Assembly (NCBI GenBank): GCA_964016885.1
Contig: CAXHJY010000257.1
Span: 185,360-249,359 of the forward strand
DNA: 64,000 nt
DNA from: Eledone cirrhosa
Taxonomy: Eukaryota
Direction: 5' to 3'
The notes under the pieces were generated by a model. The model searched no databases. It worked only from the letters and a program-made list of their open reading frames with translations, and was not told the DNA's origin. Positions 24,401-39,185 of this stretch are shown here, piece after piece; position 1 is the first letter of the stretch; every line of letters starts with the position of its first letter. The translations under genes and the position numbers were made by a program.

Positions 24401-27400
24401 TCTATCCATGTCTGTCTGTGTCTATAGCAATGTCTGTCTGTGTCTATAGCCATGTCAGTCTGACTATAGCCATGTCTGTCTGTGACTAGAGCCTTGTATG
24501 TCTGTGTCTATAACAATGTCTGTCTGTGGCTATAGCCATGTCTGTCTGTGTCTATATCCATATCTGTCTGTTTCTATAACAATGTCTGTCTGTGTCTATA
24601 GCCATGTCAGTCTGTGTCTATAGCCATGTCAGTCTGTGTCTATAGCCATGTCTTTGTGTCTATAGCCATGTCTGTCTGTGTCTATAGCCATGTCTGTCTG
24701 TATCTATAGCCATGTCTGTCTGTGTCTATAGTGATGTTTGTCTGTCTATAGCCATGTCTGTCTGTGTCTATAACAATGTTTGTCTGTGTCTATATCCATG
24801 TCTGTCTGTGTTTATAGCCATGTCTGTTTGTGTCTATAGCAATGTCTGTCTATTGCCGTGTCTCTCTGTGTCTATATCCATGTCTGTCTGTGTCTATAGC
24901 AATGTCTGTCTGTCTAAAGCCATGTCTGTCTGTGTCTATAGCCATGTCTGTCTGTGTCTAGAGCCATGTATGTCTGTGTCTATAACAATGTCTGTCTGTG
25001 TCTATAGCCATGTCTGTCTGTTTCTATAACAATGTCTGTCTGTGTCTATAGCCATGTCAGTCTGTCTATAGCCATGTCAGTCTGTGTCTATAGCCATGTT
25101 TGTCTGTGTCTATAGCCATGTCTCTCTGCGTCTATAGCCATGTCTGTCTGTGTCTATAGCAATGTCTGTCTGTGTCTATATCCATGTCTGTCGGTGTTTA
25201 TAGCCATGTCTGTTTGTGTCTATAGCAATGTCTGTCTATTGCCGTGTCTGTCTGTGTCTATATCCATGTCTGTCTGTGTCTATAGCAATGTCTGTCTGTG
25301 TCTATAGCAATGTCTGTCTGTGTCTATAGCAATGTCTGTCTGTGTCTATAGCAATGTCTGTCTGTGTCTATAGCAATGTCTGTCTGTGTCTATAGCAATG
25401 TCTGTCTGTGTCTATAGCAATGTCTGTCTGTCTGTCTCTATGGCAATGTCTGTCTGTGTCTACAGCAATGTCTGTGTCTATAGCCATGTCTGTCTGTGTC
25501 TATAGCCATGTCTGTCTGTGTCTATAGCCATGTCTGTTAGTGATTATAACAATGTTTGTCTGTGTCTATAGCCATGTCTGTCTGTCTATAGCCGTGTCTG
25601 TCTGTGTCTATAGCCAAGTCTGTTTGTGTCTATAGCCATGTCTGTCTGTGTCTATAGCCATGTCTGTCTGTGTCTATAGCCATGTCTGTCTCTGTCTATA
25701 GCCATGTCTGTCTCTGTCTATAGCCATGTCTGTCAGTGTCTATAGCAATGTCTGTCTGTGTCTATAGCCATGTCTGTCTGTGACTATAACCATGTCTGTC
25801 TGTGTCTGTAGCAATGTCTGTCTGTGTCTGTAGCAATGTCTGTCTGTGTCTATAGCAATGTCTGTCTGTGTCTATAGCAATGTCTGTCTGTGTCTATAGC
25901 AATGTCTGTCTGTGTCTATAGCAATGTCTGTCTGTGTCTATAGTCATGTCACTCTGTGTCTATAGCCATGTCAGTCTGTGTCTATAGCCATGTCTGTCTG
26001 TGTCTATAGCCATGTCTGTCTGTGTCTATAACCATGTCTGTCTGTGTCTATAGCAATGTCTGTCTGTATCTATAGCAATGTCTGTCTGTGTCTATAGCAA
26101 TGTCTGTCTGTGTCTATAGCAATGTCTGTCTGTGTCTATAGCAATGTCTGTCTGTGTCTATAGCAATGTCTGTCTGTGTCTATAGCAATGTCTGTCTGTG
26201 TCTATAGCAATGTCTGACTGTGTCTATAGCAATGTCTGTCTGTCTGTCTCTATGGCAATGTCTGTCTGTGTCTACAGCAATGTCTGTGTCTATAGCCATG
26301 TCTGTCTGTGTCTATAGCCATGTCTGTTAGTGATTATAACAATGTTTGTCTGTGTCTATAGCCATGTCTGTCTGTCTATAGCCGTGTCTGTCTGTGTCTA
26401 TAGCCATGTGTCTGTGTCTATAGTCAAGTCTGTTTGTGTCTATAGCCATGTCTACCTGTGTCCATAGCCATGTCTGTCTCTGTCTATAGCCATGTCTTTC
26501 TGTGTCTATAGCAATGTCTGTCTGTGCCTATAGCCATGTCTGTCTGTGACTATAACCATGTCTGTCTGTGTCTGTAGCCAAGTCTGTTTGTGTCTATAGC
26601 CATGTCTGTTTGTGTCTATAGCCATGTCTGTCTGTGTCTATAGCCATGTCTGTCTCTGTCTATAGCCATGTCTTTCTGTGTCTATAGCAATGTCTGTCTG
26701 TGCCTATAGCCATGTCTGTCTGTGACTATAACCATGTCTGTCTGTGTCTGTAGCAATGTCTGTCTGTGTCTATAGCAATGTCTGTCTGTGTCTATAGCAA
26801 TGTCTGTCTGTGTCTATAGCAATGTCTGTCTGTGTCTATAGCAATGTCTGTCTGTGTCTATAGTCATGTCACTCTGTGTCTATAGCCATGTCAGTCTGTG
26901 TCTATAGCCATGTCTGTCTGTGTCTATAGCCATGTCTGTTTGTTTCTATAGCAATGTCTGTCTGTGTCTATAGCAATGTCTGTCTGTGTCTATAGCAATG
27001 TCTGTCTGTGACTATAGTCATATCACTCTGTGTTTATAGCCATGTCAGTCTGTGTCTATAGCCATGTTTGTCTGTGTCTATAGCCGTGTCTGTCTGTGTC
27101 TATAGCCATGTCTGTCTGTGTCTATAGCAATGTCTGTTTGTGTCTATAGCCATGTCTGTGTCTATAGCCATGTCTGTGTCTATAGCCATGTCTGTCTCTA
27201 TATCCATGTCTGTCTTTGTCTATAGCCATGTCTGTCTGTGTCTATAGCGATGTTTGTCTGTGTCTATAGCCATGTCTGTCTGTGTCTATAACAATGTCTG
27301 TCAGTGTTTCTATCCATGTCTGTCTGTGTCTATAGCAATGTCTGTCTGTGCCTATAGCCATGTCAGTCTGACTATAGCCATGTCTGTCTGTGACTAGAGC

Positions 27401-30400
27401 CTTGTATGTCTGTGTCTATAACAATGTCTGTCTGTGGCTATAGCCATGTCTGTCTGTGTCTATATCCATGTCTGTCTGTTTCTATAACAATGTCTGTCTG
27501 TGTCTATAGCCATGTCAGTCTGTCTATAGCCATGTCAGTCTGTGTCTATAGCCATGTCAGTCTGTGTCTATAGCCATGTCTTTGTGTCTATAGCCATGTC
27601 TGTCTGTGTCTATAGCCATGTCTGTCTGTATCTATAGCCATGTCTGTCTGTGTCTATAGTGATGTTTGTCTGTCTATAGCCATGTCTGTCTGTGTCTATA
27701 ACAATGTTTGTCTGTGTCTATATCCATGTCTGTCTGTGTTTATAGCCATGTCTGTTTGTGTCTATAGCAATGTCTGTCTATTGCCGTGTCTCTCTGTGTC
27801 TATATCCATGTCTGTCTGTGTCTATAGCAATGTCTGTCTGTCTAAAGCCATGTCTGTCTGTGTCTATAGCCATGTCTGTCTGTGTCTAGAGCCATGTATG
27901 TCTGTGTCTATAACAATGTCTGTCTGTGTCTATAGCCATGTCTGTCTGTTTCTATAACAATGTCTGTCTGTGTCTATAGCCATGTCAGTCTGTCTATAGC
28001 CATGTCAGTCTGTGTCTATAGCCATGTTTGTCTGTGTCTATAGCCATGTCTCTCTGCGTCTATAGCCATGTCTGTCTGTGTCTATAGCAATGTCTGTCTG
28101 TGTCTATATCCATGTCTGTCGGTGTTTATAGCCATGTCTGTTTGTGTCTATAGCAATGTCTGTCTATTGCCGTGTCTCTCTGTGTCTATATCCATGTCTG
28201 TCTGTGTCTATAGCAATGTCTGTCTGTATCTATAGCAATGTCTGTCTGTGTCTATAGCAATGTCTGTCTGTGTCTATAGCAATGTCTGTCTTTGTCTATA
28301 GCAATGTCTGTCTGTGTCTATAGCAATGTCTGTCTGTCTGTCTCTATGGCAATGTCTGTCTGTGTCTACAGCAATGTCTGTGTCTATAGCCATGTCTGTC
28401 TGTGTCTATAGCCATGTCTGTTAGTGATTATAACAATGTTTGTCTGTGTCTATAGCCATGTCTGTCTGTCTATAGCCGTGTCTGTCTGTGTCTATAGCCA
28501 TGTGTCTGTGTCTATTGTCAAGTCTGTTTGTGTCTATAGCCATGTCTACCTGTGTCCATAGCCATGTCTGTCTGTCTATAGCCATGTCTGTCTGTGTCTA
28601 TAGCCAAGTCTGTTTGTGTCTATAGCCATGTCTGTCTGTGTCTATAGCCATGTCTGTCTGTGTCTATAGCCATGTCTGTCTCTGTCTATAGCCATGTCTG
28701 TCTGTGTCTATAGCAATGTCTGTCTGTGTCTATAGCAATGTCTGTCTGTGTCTATAGTCATGTCACTCTGTGTCTATAGCAATGTCTGTCTGTGTCTATA
28801 GCAATGTCTGTCTGTGTCTATAGCAATGTCTGTCTGTGACTATAGTCATATCACTCTGTGTTTATAGCCATGTCAGTCTGTGTCTATAGCCGTGTCTGTC
28901 TGTGTCTATAGCCATGTCTGTCTGTGTCTATAGCAATGTCTGTTTGTGTCTATAGCCATGTCTGTGTCTATAGCCATGTCTGTCTCTATATCCATGTCTG
29001 TCTTTGTCTATAGCCATGTCTGTCTGTGTCTATAGCGATGTTTGTCTGTGTCTATAGCCATGTCTGTCTGTGTCTATAACAATGTCTGTCAGTGTTTCTA
29101 TCCATGTCTGTCTGTGTCTATAGCAATGTCTGTCTGTGTCTATAGCCATGTCAGTCTGACTATAGCCATGTCTGTCTGTGACTAGAGCCTTGTATGTCTG
29201 TGTCTATAACAATGTCTGTCTGTGGCTATAGCCATGTCTGTCTGTGTCTATATCCATATCTGTCTGTTTCTATAACAATGTCTGTCTGTGTCTATAGCCA
29301 TGTCAGTCTGTGTCTATAGCCATGTCAGTCTGTGTCTATAGCCATGTCTTTGTGTCTATAGCCATGTCTGTCTGTGTCTATAGCCATGTCTGTCTGTATC
29401 TATAGCCATGTCTGTCTGTGTCTATAGTGATGTTTGTCTGTCTATAGCCATGTCTGTCTGTGTCTATAACAATGTTTGTCTGTGTCTATATCCATGTCTG
29501 TCTGTGTTTATAGCCATGTCTGTTTGTGTCTATAGCAATGTCTGTCTATTGCCGTGTCTCTCTGTGTCTATATCCATGTCTGTCTGTGTCTATAGCAATG
29601 TCTGTCTGTCTAAAGCCATGTCTGTCTGTGTCTATAGCCATGTCTGTCTGTGTCTAGAGCCATGTATGTCTGTGTCTATAACAATGTCTGTCTGTGTCTA
29701 TAGCCATGTCTGTCTGTTTCTATAACAATGTCTGTCTGTGTCTATAGCCATGTCAGTCTGTCTATAGCCATGTCAGTCTGTGTCTATAGCCATGTTTGTC
29801 TGTGTCTATAGCCATGTCTCTCTGCGTCTATAGCCATGTCTGTCTGTGTCTATAGCAATGTCTGTCTGTGTCTATATCCATGTCTGTCGGTGTTTATAGC
29901 CATGTCTGTTTGTGTCTATAGCAATGTCTGTCTATTGCCGTGTCTGTCTGTGTCTATATCCATGTCTGTCTGTGTCTATAGCAATGTCTGTCTGTGTCTA
30001 TAGCAATGTCTGTCTGTGTCTATAGCAATGTCTGTCTGTGTCTATAGCAATGTCTGTCTGTGTCTATAGCAATGTCTGTCTGTGTCTATAGCAATGTCTG
30101 TCTGTCTGTCTCTATGGCAATGTCTGTCTGTGTCTACAGCAATGTCTGTGTCTATAGCCATGTCTGTCTGTGTCTATAGCCATGTCTGTCTGTGTCTATA
30201 GCCATGTCTGTTAGTGATTATAACAATGTTTGTCTGTGTCTATAGCCATGTCTGTCTGTCTATAGCCGTGTCTGTCTGTGTCTATAGCCAAGTCTGTTTG
30301 TGTCTATAGCCATGTCTGTCTGTGTCTATAGCCATGTCTGTCTGTGTCTATAGCCATGTCTGTCTCTGTCTATAGCCATGTCTGTCTCTGTCTATAGCCA

Positions 30401-33400
30401 TGTCTGTCAGTGTCTATAGCAATGTCTGTCTGTGTCTATAGCCATGTCTGTCTGTGACTATAACCATGTCTGTCTGTGTCTGTAGCAATGTCTGTCTGTG
30501 TCTGTAGCAATGTCTGTCTGTGTCTATAGCAATGTCTGTCTGTGTCTATAGCAATGTCTGTCTGTGTCTATAGCAATGTCTGTCTGTGTCTATAGCAATG
30601 TCTGTCTGTGTCTATAGTCATGTCACTCTGTGTCTATAGCCATGTCAGTCTGTGTCTATAGCCATGTCTGTCTGTGTCTATAGCCATGTCTGTCTGTGTC
30701 TATAACCATGTCTGTCTGTGTCTATAGCAATGTCTGTCTGTATCTATAGCAATGTCTGTCTGTGTCTATAGCAATGTCTGTCTGTGTCTATAGCAATGTC
30801 TGTCTGTGTCTATAGCAATGTCTGTCTGTGTCTATAGCAATGTCTGTCTGTGTCTATAGCAATGTCTGTCTGTGTCTATAGCAATGTCTGACTGTGTCTA
30901 TAGCAATGTCTGTCTGTCTGTCTCTATGGCAATGTCTGTCTGTGTCTACAGCAATGTCTGTGTCTATAGCCATGTCTGTCTGTGTCTATAGCCATGTCTG
31001 TTAGTGATTATAACAATGTTTGTCTGTGTCTATAGCCATGTCTGTCTGTCTATAGCCGTGTCTGTCTGTGTCTATAGCCATGTGTCTGTGTCTATAGTCA
31101 AGTCTGTTTGTGTCTATAGCCATGTCTACCTGTGTCCATAGCCATGTCTGTCTCTGTCTATAGCCATGTCTTTCTGTGTCTATAGCAATGTCTGTCTGTG
31201 CCTATAGCCATGTCTGTCTGTGACTATAACCATGTCTGTCTGTGTCTGTAGCCAAGTCTGTTTGTGTCTATAGCCATGTCTGTTTGTGTCTATAGCCATG
31301 TCTGTCTGTGTCTATAGCCATGTCTGTCTCTGTCTATAGCCATGTCTTTCTGTGTCTATAGCAATGTCTGTCTGTGCCTATAGCCATGTCTGTCTGTGAC
31401 TATAACCATGTCTGTCTGTGTCTGTAGCAATGTCTGTCTGTGTCTATAGCAATGTCTGTCTGTGTCTATAGCAATGTCTGTCTGTGTCTATAGCAATGTC
31501 TGTCTGTGTCTATAGCAATGTCTGTCTGTGTCTATAGTCATGTCACTCTGTGTCTATAGCCATGTCAGTCTGTGTCTATAGCCATGTCTGTCTGTGTCTA
31601 TAGCCATGTCTGTTTGTTTCTATAGCAATGTCTGTCTGTGTCTATAGCAATGTCTGTCTGTGTCTATAGCAATGTCTGTCTGTGACTATAGTCATATCAC
31701 TCTGTGTTTATAGCCATGTCAGTCTGTGTCTATAGCCATGTTTGTCTGTGTCTATAGCCGTGTCTGTCTGTGTCTATAGCCATGTCTGTCTGTGTCTATA
31801 GCAATGTCTGTTTGTGTCTATAGCCATGTCTGTGTCTATAGCCATGTCTGTGTCTATAGCCATGTCTGTCTCTATATCCATGTCTGTCTTTGTCTATAGC
31901 CATGTCTGTCTGTGTCTATAGCGATGTTTGTCTGTGTCTATAGCCATGTCTGTCTGTGTCTATAACAATGTCTGTCAGTGTTTCTATCCATGTCTGTCTG
32001 TGTCTATAGCAATGTCTGTCTGTGCCTATAGCCATGTCAGTCTGACTATAGCCATGTCTGTCTGTGACTAGAGCCTTGTATGTCTGTGTCTATAACAATG
32101 TCTGTCTGTGGCTATAGCCATGTCTGTCTGTGTCTATATCCATGTCTGTCTGTTTCTATAACAATGTCTGTCTGTGTCTATAGCCATGTCAGTCTGTCTA
32201 TAGCCATGTCAGTCTGTGTCTATAGCCATGTCAGTCTGTGTCTATAGCCATGTCTTTGTGTCTATAGCCATGTCTGTCTGTGTCTATAGCCATGTCTGTC
32301 TGTATCTATAGCCATGTCTGTCTGTGTCTATAGTGATGTTTGTCTGTCTATAGCCATGTCTGTCTGTGTCTATAACAATGTTTGTCTGTGTCTATATCCA
32401 TGTCTGTCTGTGTTTATAGCCATGTCTGTTTGTGTCTATAGCAATGTCTGTCTATTGCCGTGTCTCTCTGTGTCTATATCCATGTCTGTCTGTGTCTATA
32501 GCAATGTCTGTCTGTCTAAAGCCATGTCTGTCTGTGTCTATAGCCATGTCTGTCTGTGTCTAGAGCCATGTATGTCTGTGTCTATAACAATGTCTGTCTG
32601 TGTCTATAGCCATGTCTGTCTGTTTCTATAACAATGTCTGTCTGTGTCTATAGCCATGTCAGTCTGTCTATAGCCATGTCAGTCTGTGTCTATAGCCATG
32701 TTTGTCTGTGTCTATAGCCATGTCTCTCTGCGTCTATAGCCATGTCTGTCTGTGTCTATAGCAATGTCTGTCTGTGTCTATATCCATGTCTGTCGGTGTT
32801 TATAGCCATGTCTGTTTGTGTCTATAGCAATGTCTGTCTATTGCCGTGTCTGTCTGTGTCTATATCCATGTCTGTCTGTGTCTATAGCAATGTCTGTCTG
32901 TATCTATAGCAATGTCTGTCTGTGTCTATAGCAATGTCTGTCTGTGTCTATAGCAATGTCTGTCTGTGTCTATAGCAATGTCTGTCTGTGTCTATAGCAA
33001 TGTCTGTCTGTCTGTCTCTATGGCAATGTCTGTCTGTGTCTACAGCAATGTCTGTGTCTATAGCCATGTCTGTCTGTGTCTATAGCCATGTCTGTTAGTG
33101 ATTATAACAATGTTTGTCTGTGTCTATAGCCATGTCTGTCTGTCTATAGCCGTGTCTGTCTGTGTCTATAGCCATGTGTCTGTGTCTATTGTCAAGTCTG
33201 TTTGTGTCTATAGCCATGTCTACCTGTGTCCATAGCCATGTCTGTCTGTCTATAGCCATGTCTGTCTGTGTCTATAGCCAAGTCTGTTTGTGTCTATAGC
33301 CATGTCTGTCTGTGTCTATAGCCATGTCTGTCTGTGTCTATAGCCATGTCTGTCTCTGTCTATAGCCATGTCTGTCTGTGTCTATAGCAATGTCTGTCTG

Positions 33401-36400
33401 TGTCTATAGCCATGTCTGTCTGTGACTATAACCATGTCTGTCTGTGTCTGTAGCAATGTCTGTCTGTGTCTATAGCAATGTCTGTCTGTGTCTATAGCAA
33501 TGTCTGTCTGTGTCTATAGCAATGTCTGTCTGTGTCTATAGTCATGTCACTCTGTGTCTATAGCCATGTCAGTCTGTGTCTATAGCCATGTTTGTCTGTG
33601 TCTATAGCCGTGTCTGTCTGGGTTTATAGCCATGACTGTGTCTATAGCCATGTCTGTCTGTGTTTATAGCCATGTCTGTCTGTCTTTAACCATGTCTGTC
33701 TGTCTATAACCATGTCAGCCTGTGTCTATAGCCATGTCTGTCTCTGTCTATAGCAATGTCGGTCTGTGTTTATAGCCAAGTCTGTCTATAGTCATGTCTG
33801 TCTGTGTCTATAGCCATGTCTGGCTGTGTCTATAGCCATGTCTGTCTGTGTCTATAGTCATGATTGTGTCCATAACCATGTCTGTCTGTGTCTATAGCCA
33901 TGTCTGTCTGTGTCTATAGCCAAGTCTTTTTGTGTCTATAGCCAAGTCTGTTTGTGTCTATAGACATGTCTACCTGTGTCTATAGCAATGTCTGTGTCTA
34001 TAGCCATGTCTATCTGTGTCTATAGCCATGTTTGTCTGTGTCTGTAGCCATGTTTGTCTGTGTCTGTAGCAATGTCTGTCTGTGTCTATAGCAATGTCTG
34101 TCTGTGTCTATAGCAATGTCTGTCTGTCTCTATGGCAATGTCTGTCTGTGTCTACAGCAATGTCTGTGTCTATAGCCATGTCTGTCTGTGTCTATAGCCG
34201 TGTCTGTCTGTGTCTATAGCCAAGTCTGTTTGTGTCTATAGCCATGTCTACCTGTGTCCATAGCCATGTCTGTCTGTCTATAACCATGTCTGTCTGTGTC
34301 TATAGCCAAGTCTGACTGTGTCTATAGCCGTGTCTATCTGTGTCTATAGCCATGTCTGTCTGTGTCTATAGCCAAGTCTGTTTGTGTCTATAGCCATGTC
34401 TGTCTGTGTCTATAGCCATGTCTGTCTGTGTCTATAGCCATGTCTGTCTCTGTCTATAGCCATGTCTGTCTGTGTCTATAGCAATGTCTGTCTGTGCCTA
34501 TAGCCATGTCTGTCTGTGACTATAACCATGTCTGTCTGTGTCTGTAGCAATGTCTGTCTGTGTCTATAGCAATGTCTGTCTGTGTCTATAGCAATGTCTG
34601 TCTGTGTCTATAGCAATGTCTGTCTGTGTCTATAGCAATGTCTGTCTGTGCCTATAGCAATGTCTGTCTGTGTCTATAGTCATGTCACTCTGTGTCTATA
34701 GCCATGTCAGTCTGTGTCTATAGCCATGTCTGTCTGTGTCTATAGCCATGTCTGTTTGTTTCTATAGCAATGTCTGTCTGTGTCTATAGCAATGTCTGTC
34801 TGTGTCTATAGCAATGTCTGTCTGTGTCTATAGCAATGTCTGTCTGTGTCTATAGTCATATCACTCTGTGTTTATAGCCATGTCAGTCTGTGTCTATAGC
34901 CATGTTTGTCTGTGTCTTTAGCCGTGTCTGTCTGTGTCTATAGCCATGTCTGTCTGTGTCTATAGCAATGTCTGTTTGTGTCTATAGCCATGTCTGTGTC
35001 TATAGCCATGTCTGTCTCTATATCCATGTCTGTCTTTGTCTATAGCCATGTCTGTCTGTGTCTATAGCGATGTTTGTCTGTGTCTATAGCCATGTCTGTC
35101 TGTGTCTATAACAATGTCTGTCTGTGTCTATAACAATGTCTGTCAGTGTTTCTATCCATGTCTGTCTGTGTCTATAGCAATGTATGTCTGTGTCTATAGC
35201 CATGTCAGTCTGACTATAGCCATGTCTGTCTGTGACTAGAGCCTTGTATGTCTGTGTCTATAACAATGTCTGTCTGTGTCTATATCCATGTCTGTCTGTT
35301 TCTATAACAATGTCTGTCTGTGTCTATAACAATGTCTGTCTGTGTCTATAGCCATGTCAGTCTGTGTCTATAGCCATGTCAGTCTGTGTCTATAGCCATG
35401 TCTTTGTGTCTATAGCCATTTCTGTCTGTGTCTATAGCCATGTCTGTCTGTACCTATAGCCATGTCTGTCTGTGTCTATAGTGATGTTTGTCTGTGTCTA
35501 TAGCCATGTCTGTCTGTGTCTATAACAATGTTTGTCTGTGTCTATATCCATGTCTGTCTGTGTTTATAGCCATGTCTGTTTGTGTCTATAGCAATGTCTG
35601 TCTATTGCCCTGTCTGTCTGTGTCTATATCCATGTCTGTCTGTGTCTATAGCAATGTCTGTCTGTCTAAAGCCATGTCTGTCTGTGTCTATAGCCATGTC
35701 TGTCTGTGTCTAGAGCCATGTATGTCTGTGTCTATAACAATGTCTGTCTGTGTCTATAGCCATGTCTGTCTGTTTCTATAACAATGTCTGTCTGTGTCTA
35801 TAGCCATGTCAGTCTGTCTATAGCCATGTCAGTCTGTCTATAGCCATGTCAGTCTGTGTCTATAGCCATGTCTCTCTGCGTCTATAGCCATGTCTGTCTG
35901 TGTCTATAGCAATGTCTGTCTGTGTCTATATCCATGTCTGTCGGTGTTTATAGCCATGTCTGTTTGTGTCTATAGCAATGTCTGTCTATTGCCGTGTCTG
36001 TCTGTGTCTATATCCATGTCTGTCTGTGTCTATAGCAATGTCTGTCTGTCTAAAGCCATGTCTGTCTGTGTCTACAGCCATGTCTGTCTGTCTGTGTCTA
36101 TAGCCATGTCTGTCTGTGTCTATATCCATGTCTGTCTGTTTCTATAACAATTTTTGTCTGTGTCCATAGCAATGTCTGTCTGACTATAGCGATGTCTGTC
36201 TGTGTCTATAGCGATGTCTGTCTGTGTCTATAGCCATGTCTGTCTGTGTCTATAGCCATGTCTGTCTGTGTCTATAGCAATGTCTGTCTGTGTCTATAGC
36301 CATGTCTGTCTGTGTCTATAACAATGTTTGTCTGTGTCTATAGCCTTGTCTGTCTGTGTCTATATTCATGTCTGTCTGAGTCTATACCTATTTCTGTCTG

Positions 36401-38080
36401 TGTCTATAGCCATGTCTCTCTGTGTCTATAGCCATGTCTGTGTCTATAGTCATGTCTGTGTCTATAGCCGTGTCTGTCTGTGTCTATAGCCATGTCTGTC
36501 TGTGTCTATAGCAATGTCTGTTTGTGTCTATAGCCATGTCTGTCTGTCTATAGCCATGTCTGTCTGTGTCTATAGCCATGTCTGTCAGTGTCTATAGCCA
36601 TGTCTGTCTGTGTCTATAGCCATGTCTGTGTCTATAGCCATGTCTGTGTCTATAGCCATGTTTATCTGTGTCTATAGCCGTGTCTGTCTGTGTCTATAGC
36701 TATGTCTGTGTCTATAGCCATGTCTGTCTGTGTCTATAGCCATGTCTGTCTGTGTCTATAGCCATGTGTGTCTGTGTCTATCGTCGTGTCTGTCTGTGTC
36801 CGATGCAATGTTTGTCTGTAGCCATGTCTGTCTGTGTCTATAGCAATGTCTGTATCTGTCTATAGCAATGTCTGTCTGTGTCTATAACCATGTCTGTGTG
36901 TGTCTATAGCCATGTCTGTGTGTGTCTATAGCCATGTATGTCTGTGTCTATAGCAATGTCTGTTTGTCTATAGCCATGTCTGTTTGTCTATAGCCATGTC
37001 TGTGTCTATAGCCATGTCTGTGTCTATAGCCATCTCTGTCTGTGTCTATAGCAATGTCTGTTTGTCTATAGCCATGTCTGTGTCTATAGCCATGTCTGTG
37101 TCTATAGCCATCTCTGTCTGTGTCTATAGCCATGTCTGTCTGTGTCCATAGTCATGTCTGTCTGTCTGTCTGTGTCCATAGTCATGTCTGCCTGTCTGTC
37201 TGTGTCCATAGTCATGTCTGCCTGTCTGTCTATAGCCGTGTCTGTCTGTGTCTATAGCAATGTCTGTGTCTATAGTCATATCTGTCTGTGTCTATAGCCA
37301 TGTCTGTGTCTATAGCCATGTCTGTCTGTGTCTATCGCCTTGTCTGTCTATGTCTATAGCCATGTCTGTCTGTGTCTAAAGCAATGTCTGTCTGTGTCTA
37401 TAGCAATGTCTGTCTGTGTCTATAGCCATGTCTGTCTGTGTCTATAGCCATGTCTGTCTGTGTCTATAGCAATGTCTGTATCTGTCTATAGCCATGTCTG
37501 TCTGTGTCTATAGCAATGTCTGTCTGTGTCTATAACCATGTCTGTGTGTGTTTATAGCAATGTCTGTGTGTCTATAGCAATGTCTGTATCTGTCTATAGC
37601 CATGTCTGTCTGACTATAGCAATGTCTGTCTGTGTCTATAACCATGTCTGTGTGTGTCTATAACCATGTCTGTGTGTGTCTATAGTCATGTATGTCTGTG
37701 TCTATAGCAATGTCTGTTTGTCTAGAGCCATGTCTGTGCCTATAGCCATGTCTGTGTCTATAGCCATGTCTGTGTCCATAGTTATGTCTGTCTGTCTGTC
37801 TGTGTCCATAGTCATGTCTGTCTGTCTGTCTATAGCGTGTCTGTCTGTGTCTATAGCAATGTCTGTGTCTATAGTCATATCTGTCTGTGTCTATAGCCAT
37901 GTCTGTCTGTGTCTATCGCCGTGTCTGTCTGTGTCCGATGCAATGTTTGTCTGTGTCTGTAGCCATGTCTGTCTGTGTCTATAGCCATGTCTGTCTCTGT
38001 CTATAGCCATGTCTGTCTCTGTCTATAGCCATCTCTGTCTGTGTCTATAGCTATGTCCCTCTCTCTAGCCATGTCTGTAT
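21414..38080. repeat. ~16.6 kb minisatellite, 22-bp unit tctatagc(c/a)atgtctgtctgtg, with higher-order repeats
   Basis: Directly visible. An identical 318-bp variant block recurs at 24712, 27640, 29408 and 32314. Confidence 0.98.
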
Positions 38081-38434
38081 CCTGTAATGAACAAGTATAT
38101 TATCTGTTTAACTTTGCCTTTCATCCTTATGGAGTCCAAAAAAAGCACTAGTGATGCTTGTGCCAAAAGTAGGAATATTATTATTATTATGGATGGTGGA
38201 TTGGTAGTATTAACGGAGTGTCGGACAACATGCTCTGTGGTAGAGCGTTACGGTCCTCTATGTTCTGAGTTGAAATCCTGCTGAGGTTAGCCTTGACTAT
38301 CATCTTTACAGGATCGATAAAATAAAGTCCCAGGAACGTATTGGTGTCAATTTATTTGACTTTCCCCTCCTCCCAAAAGTTGCTCGCTTTGTTCCTAAAT
38401 CCAAAACCAATATTATTATTATTTCTACTTACAG

Positions 38435-38538
38435 GGGTCATCTAGAAGATATTTATGATTTGTGTTGGTCAGCTGACAGTCGGTTTATTGTGTCAGGTTC
38501 TGTTGATAACAGTGCCATTATATGGGATGTTACGAAAG
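38435..38538 (+). CDS. CHAF1B: CHAF1B coding exon 5 ([36 protein letters not shown])
   Basis: ttacag/gtagga boundaries; GH...WD repeat with the RGHLEDxYDxCW motif. Confidence 0.93.
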
Positions 38539-39049
38539 GTAGGAATCCTGACTATATTTCATTGTTTCATTATCTTTGTTGAAATAATGTTTGAATATTT
38601 TCACATCAGCCATTACCAGTGGTCCACCCTAGCTGAGGTTTATAACACGTGACATCTCACCATCAACCATGCTGTCTCCTCCTTTGAATACACCCACATG
38701 GCCACCCTCAAGGACTCAAGGCATACGAGGAAGAACCAAAACACCAAGTCATCAAACTCTGACCAGACCTTCAGCTGCACCTGCTGTGGTCATGCCTGCA
38801 TTAGCCTGATCAGCCATGAGTGAGCATGCAGTTTCAAAGCCAAGTGTTGATGATGATAATAATAATGATGATTGTCAGAGGAAATATATAAACACTGAAA
38901 TGCTCTGTTTATTGTTATTTAACTCAGTTATTGTTTATGTCTGTTTTACCTTGATTTAAATGGGTTTGACTCGGCCAATAGCTTATCACAGTTTTGTGAA
39001 TGTTAAATGATGAAGTGTGCAAGACTGGTCACTGGACAGGACACCAAGC

Positions 39050-39185
39050 CACCGCAAGGGTAACTCACAGCTGATTAGACTGTAGCAGTGTGAAAAAAAA
39101 TGAGCATTCTCAAGGACATGTGTGATTTGAACCCACAACCTTTTAATCATGAGCCCAATACACTAACTACTAAGCCACACACCTT
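39050..39185 (-). mobile_element. Degenerate tRNA-derived SINE
   Basis: On -: tggcttagtagttag (A box) and gggttcaaatc (B box). Confidence 0.6.

Noticed and set aside
24712-37984. Repeated 105-aa Cys/Val/Ser-rich ORFs
   Set aside because: By-products of the 22-bp minisatellite; useful only as higher-order repeat markers.
21414-38080. CRISPR-like appearance of short regular repeats
   Set aside because: No unique spacers, no cas genes, and it lies in a eukaryotic intron.
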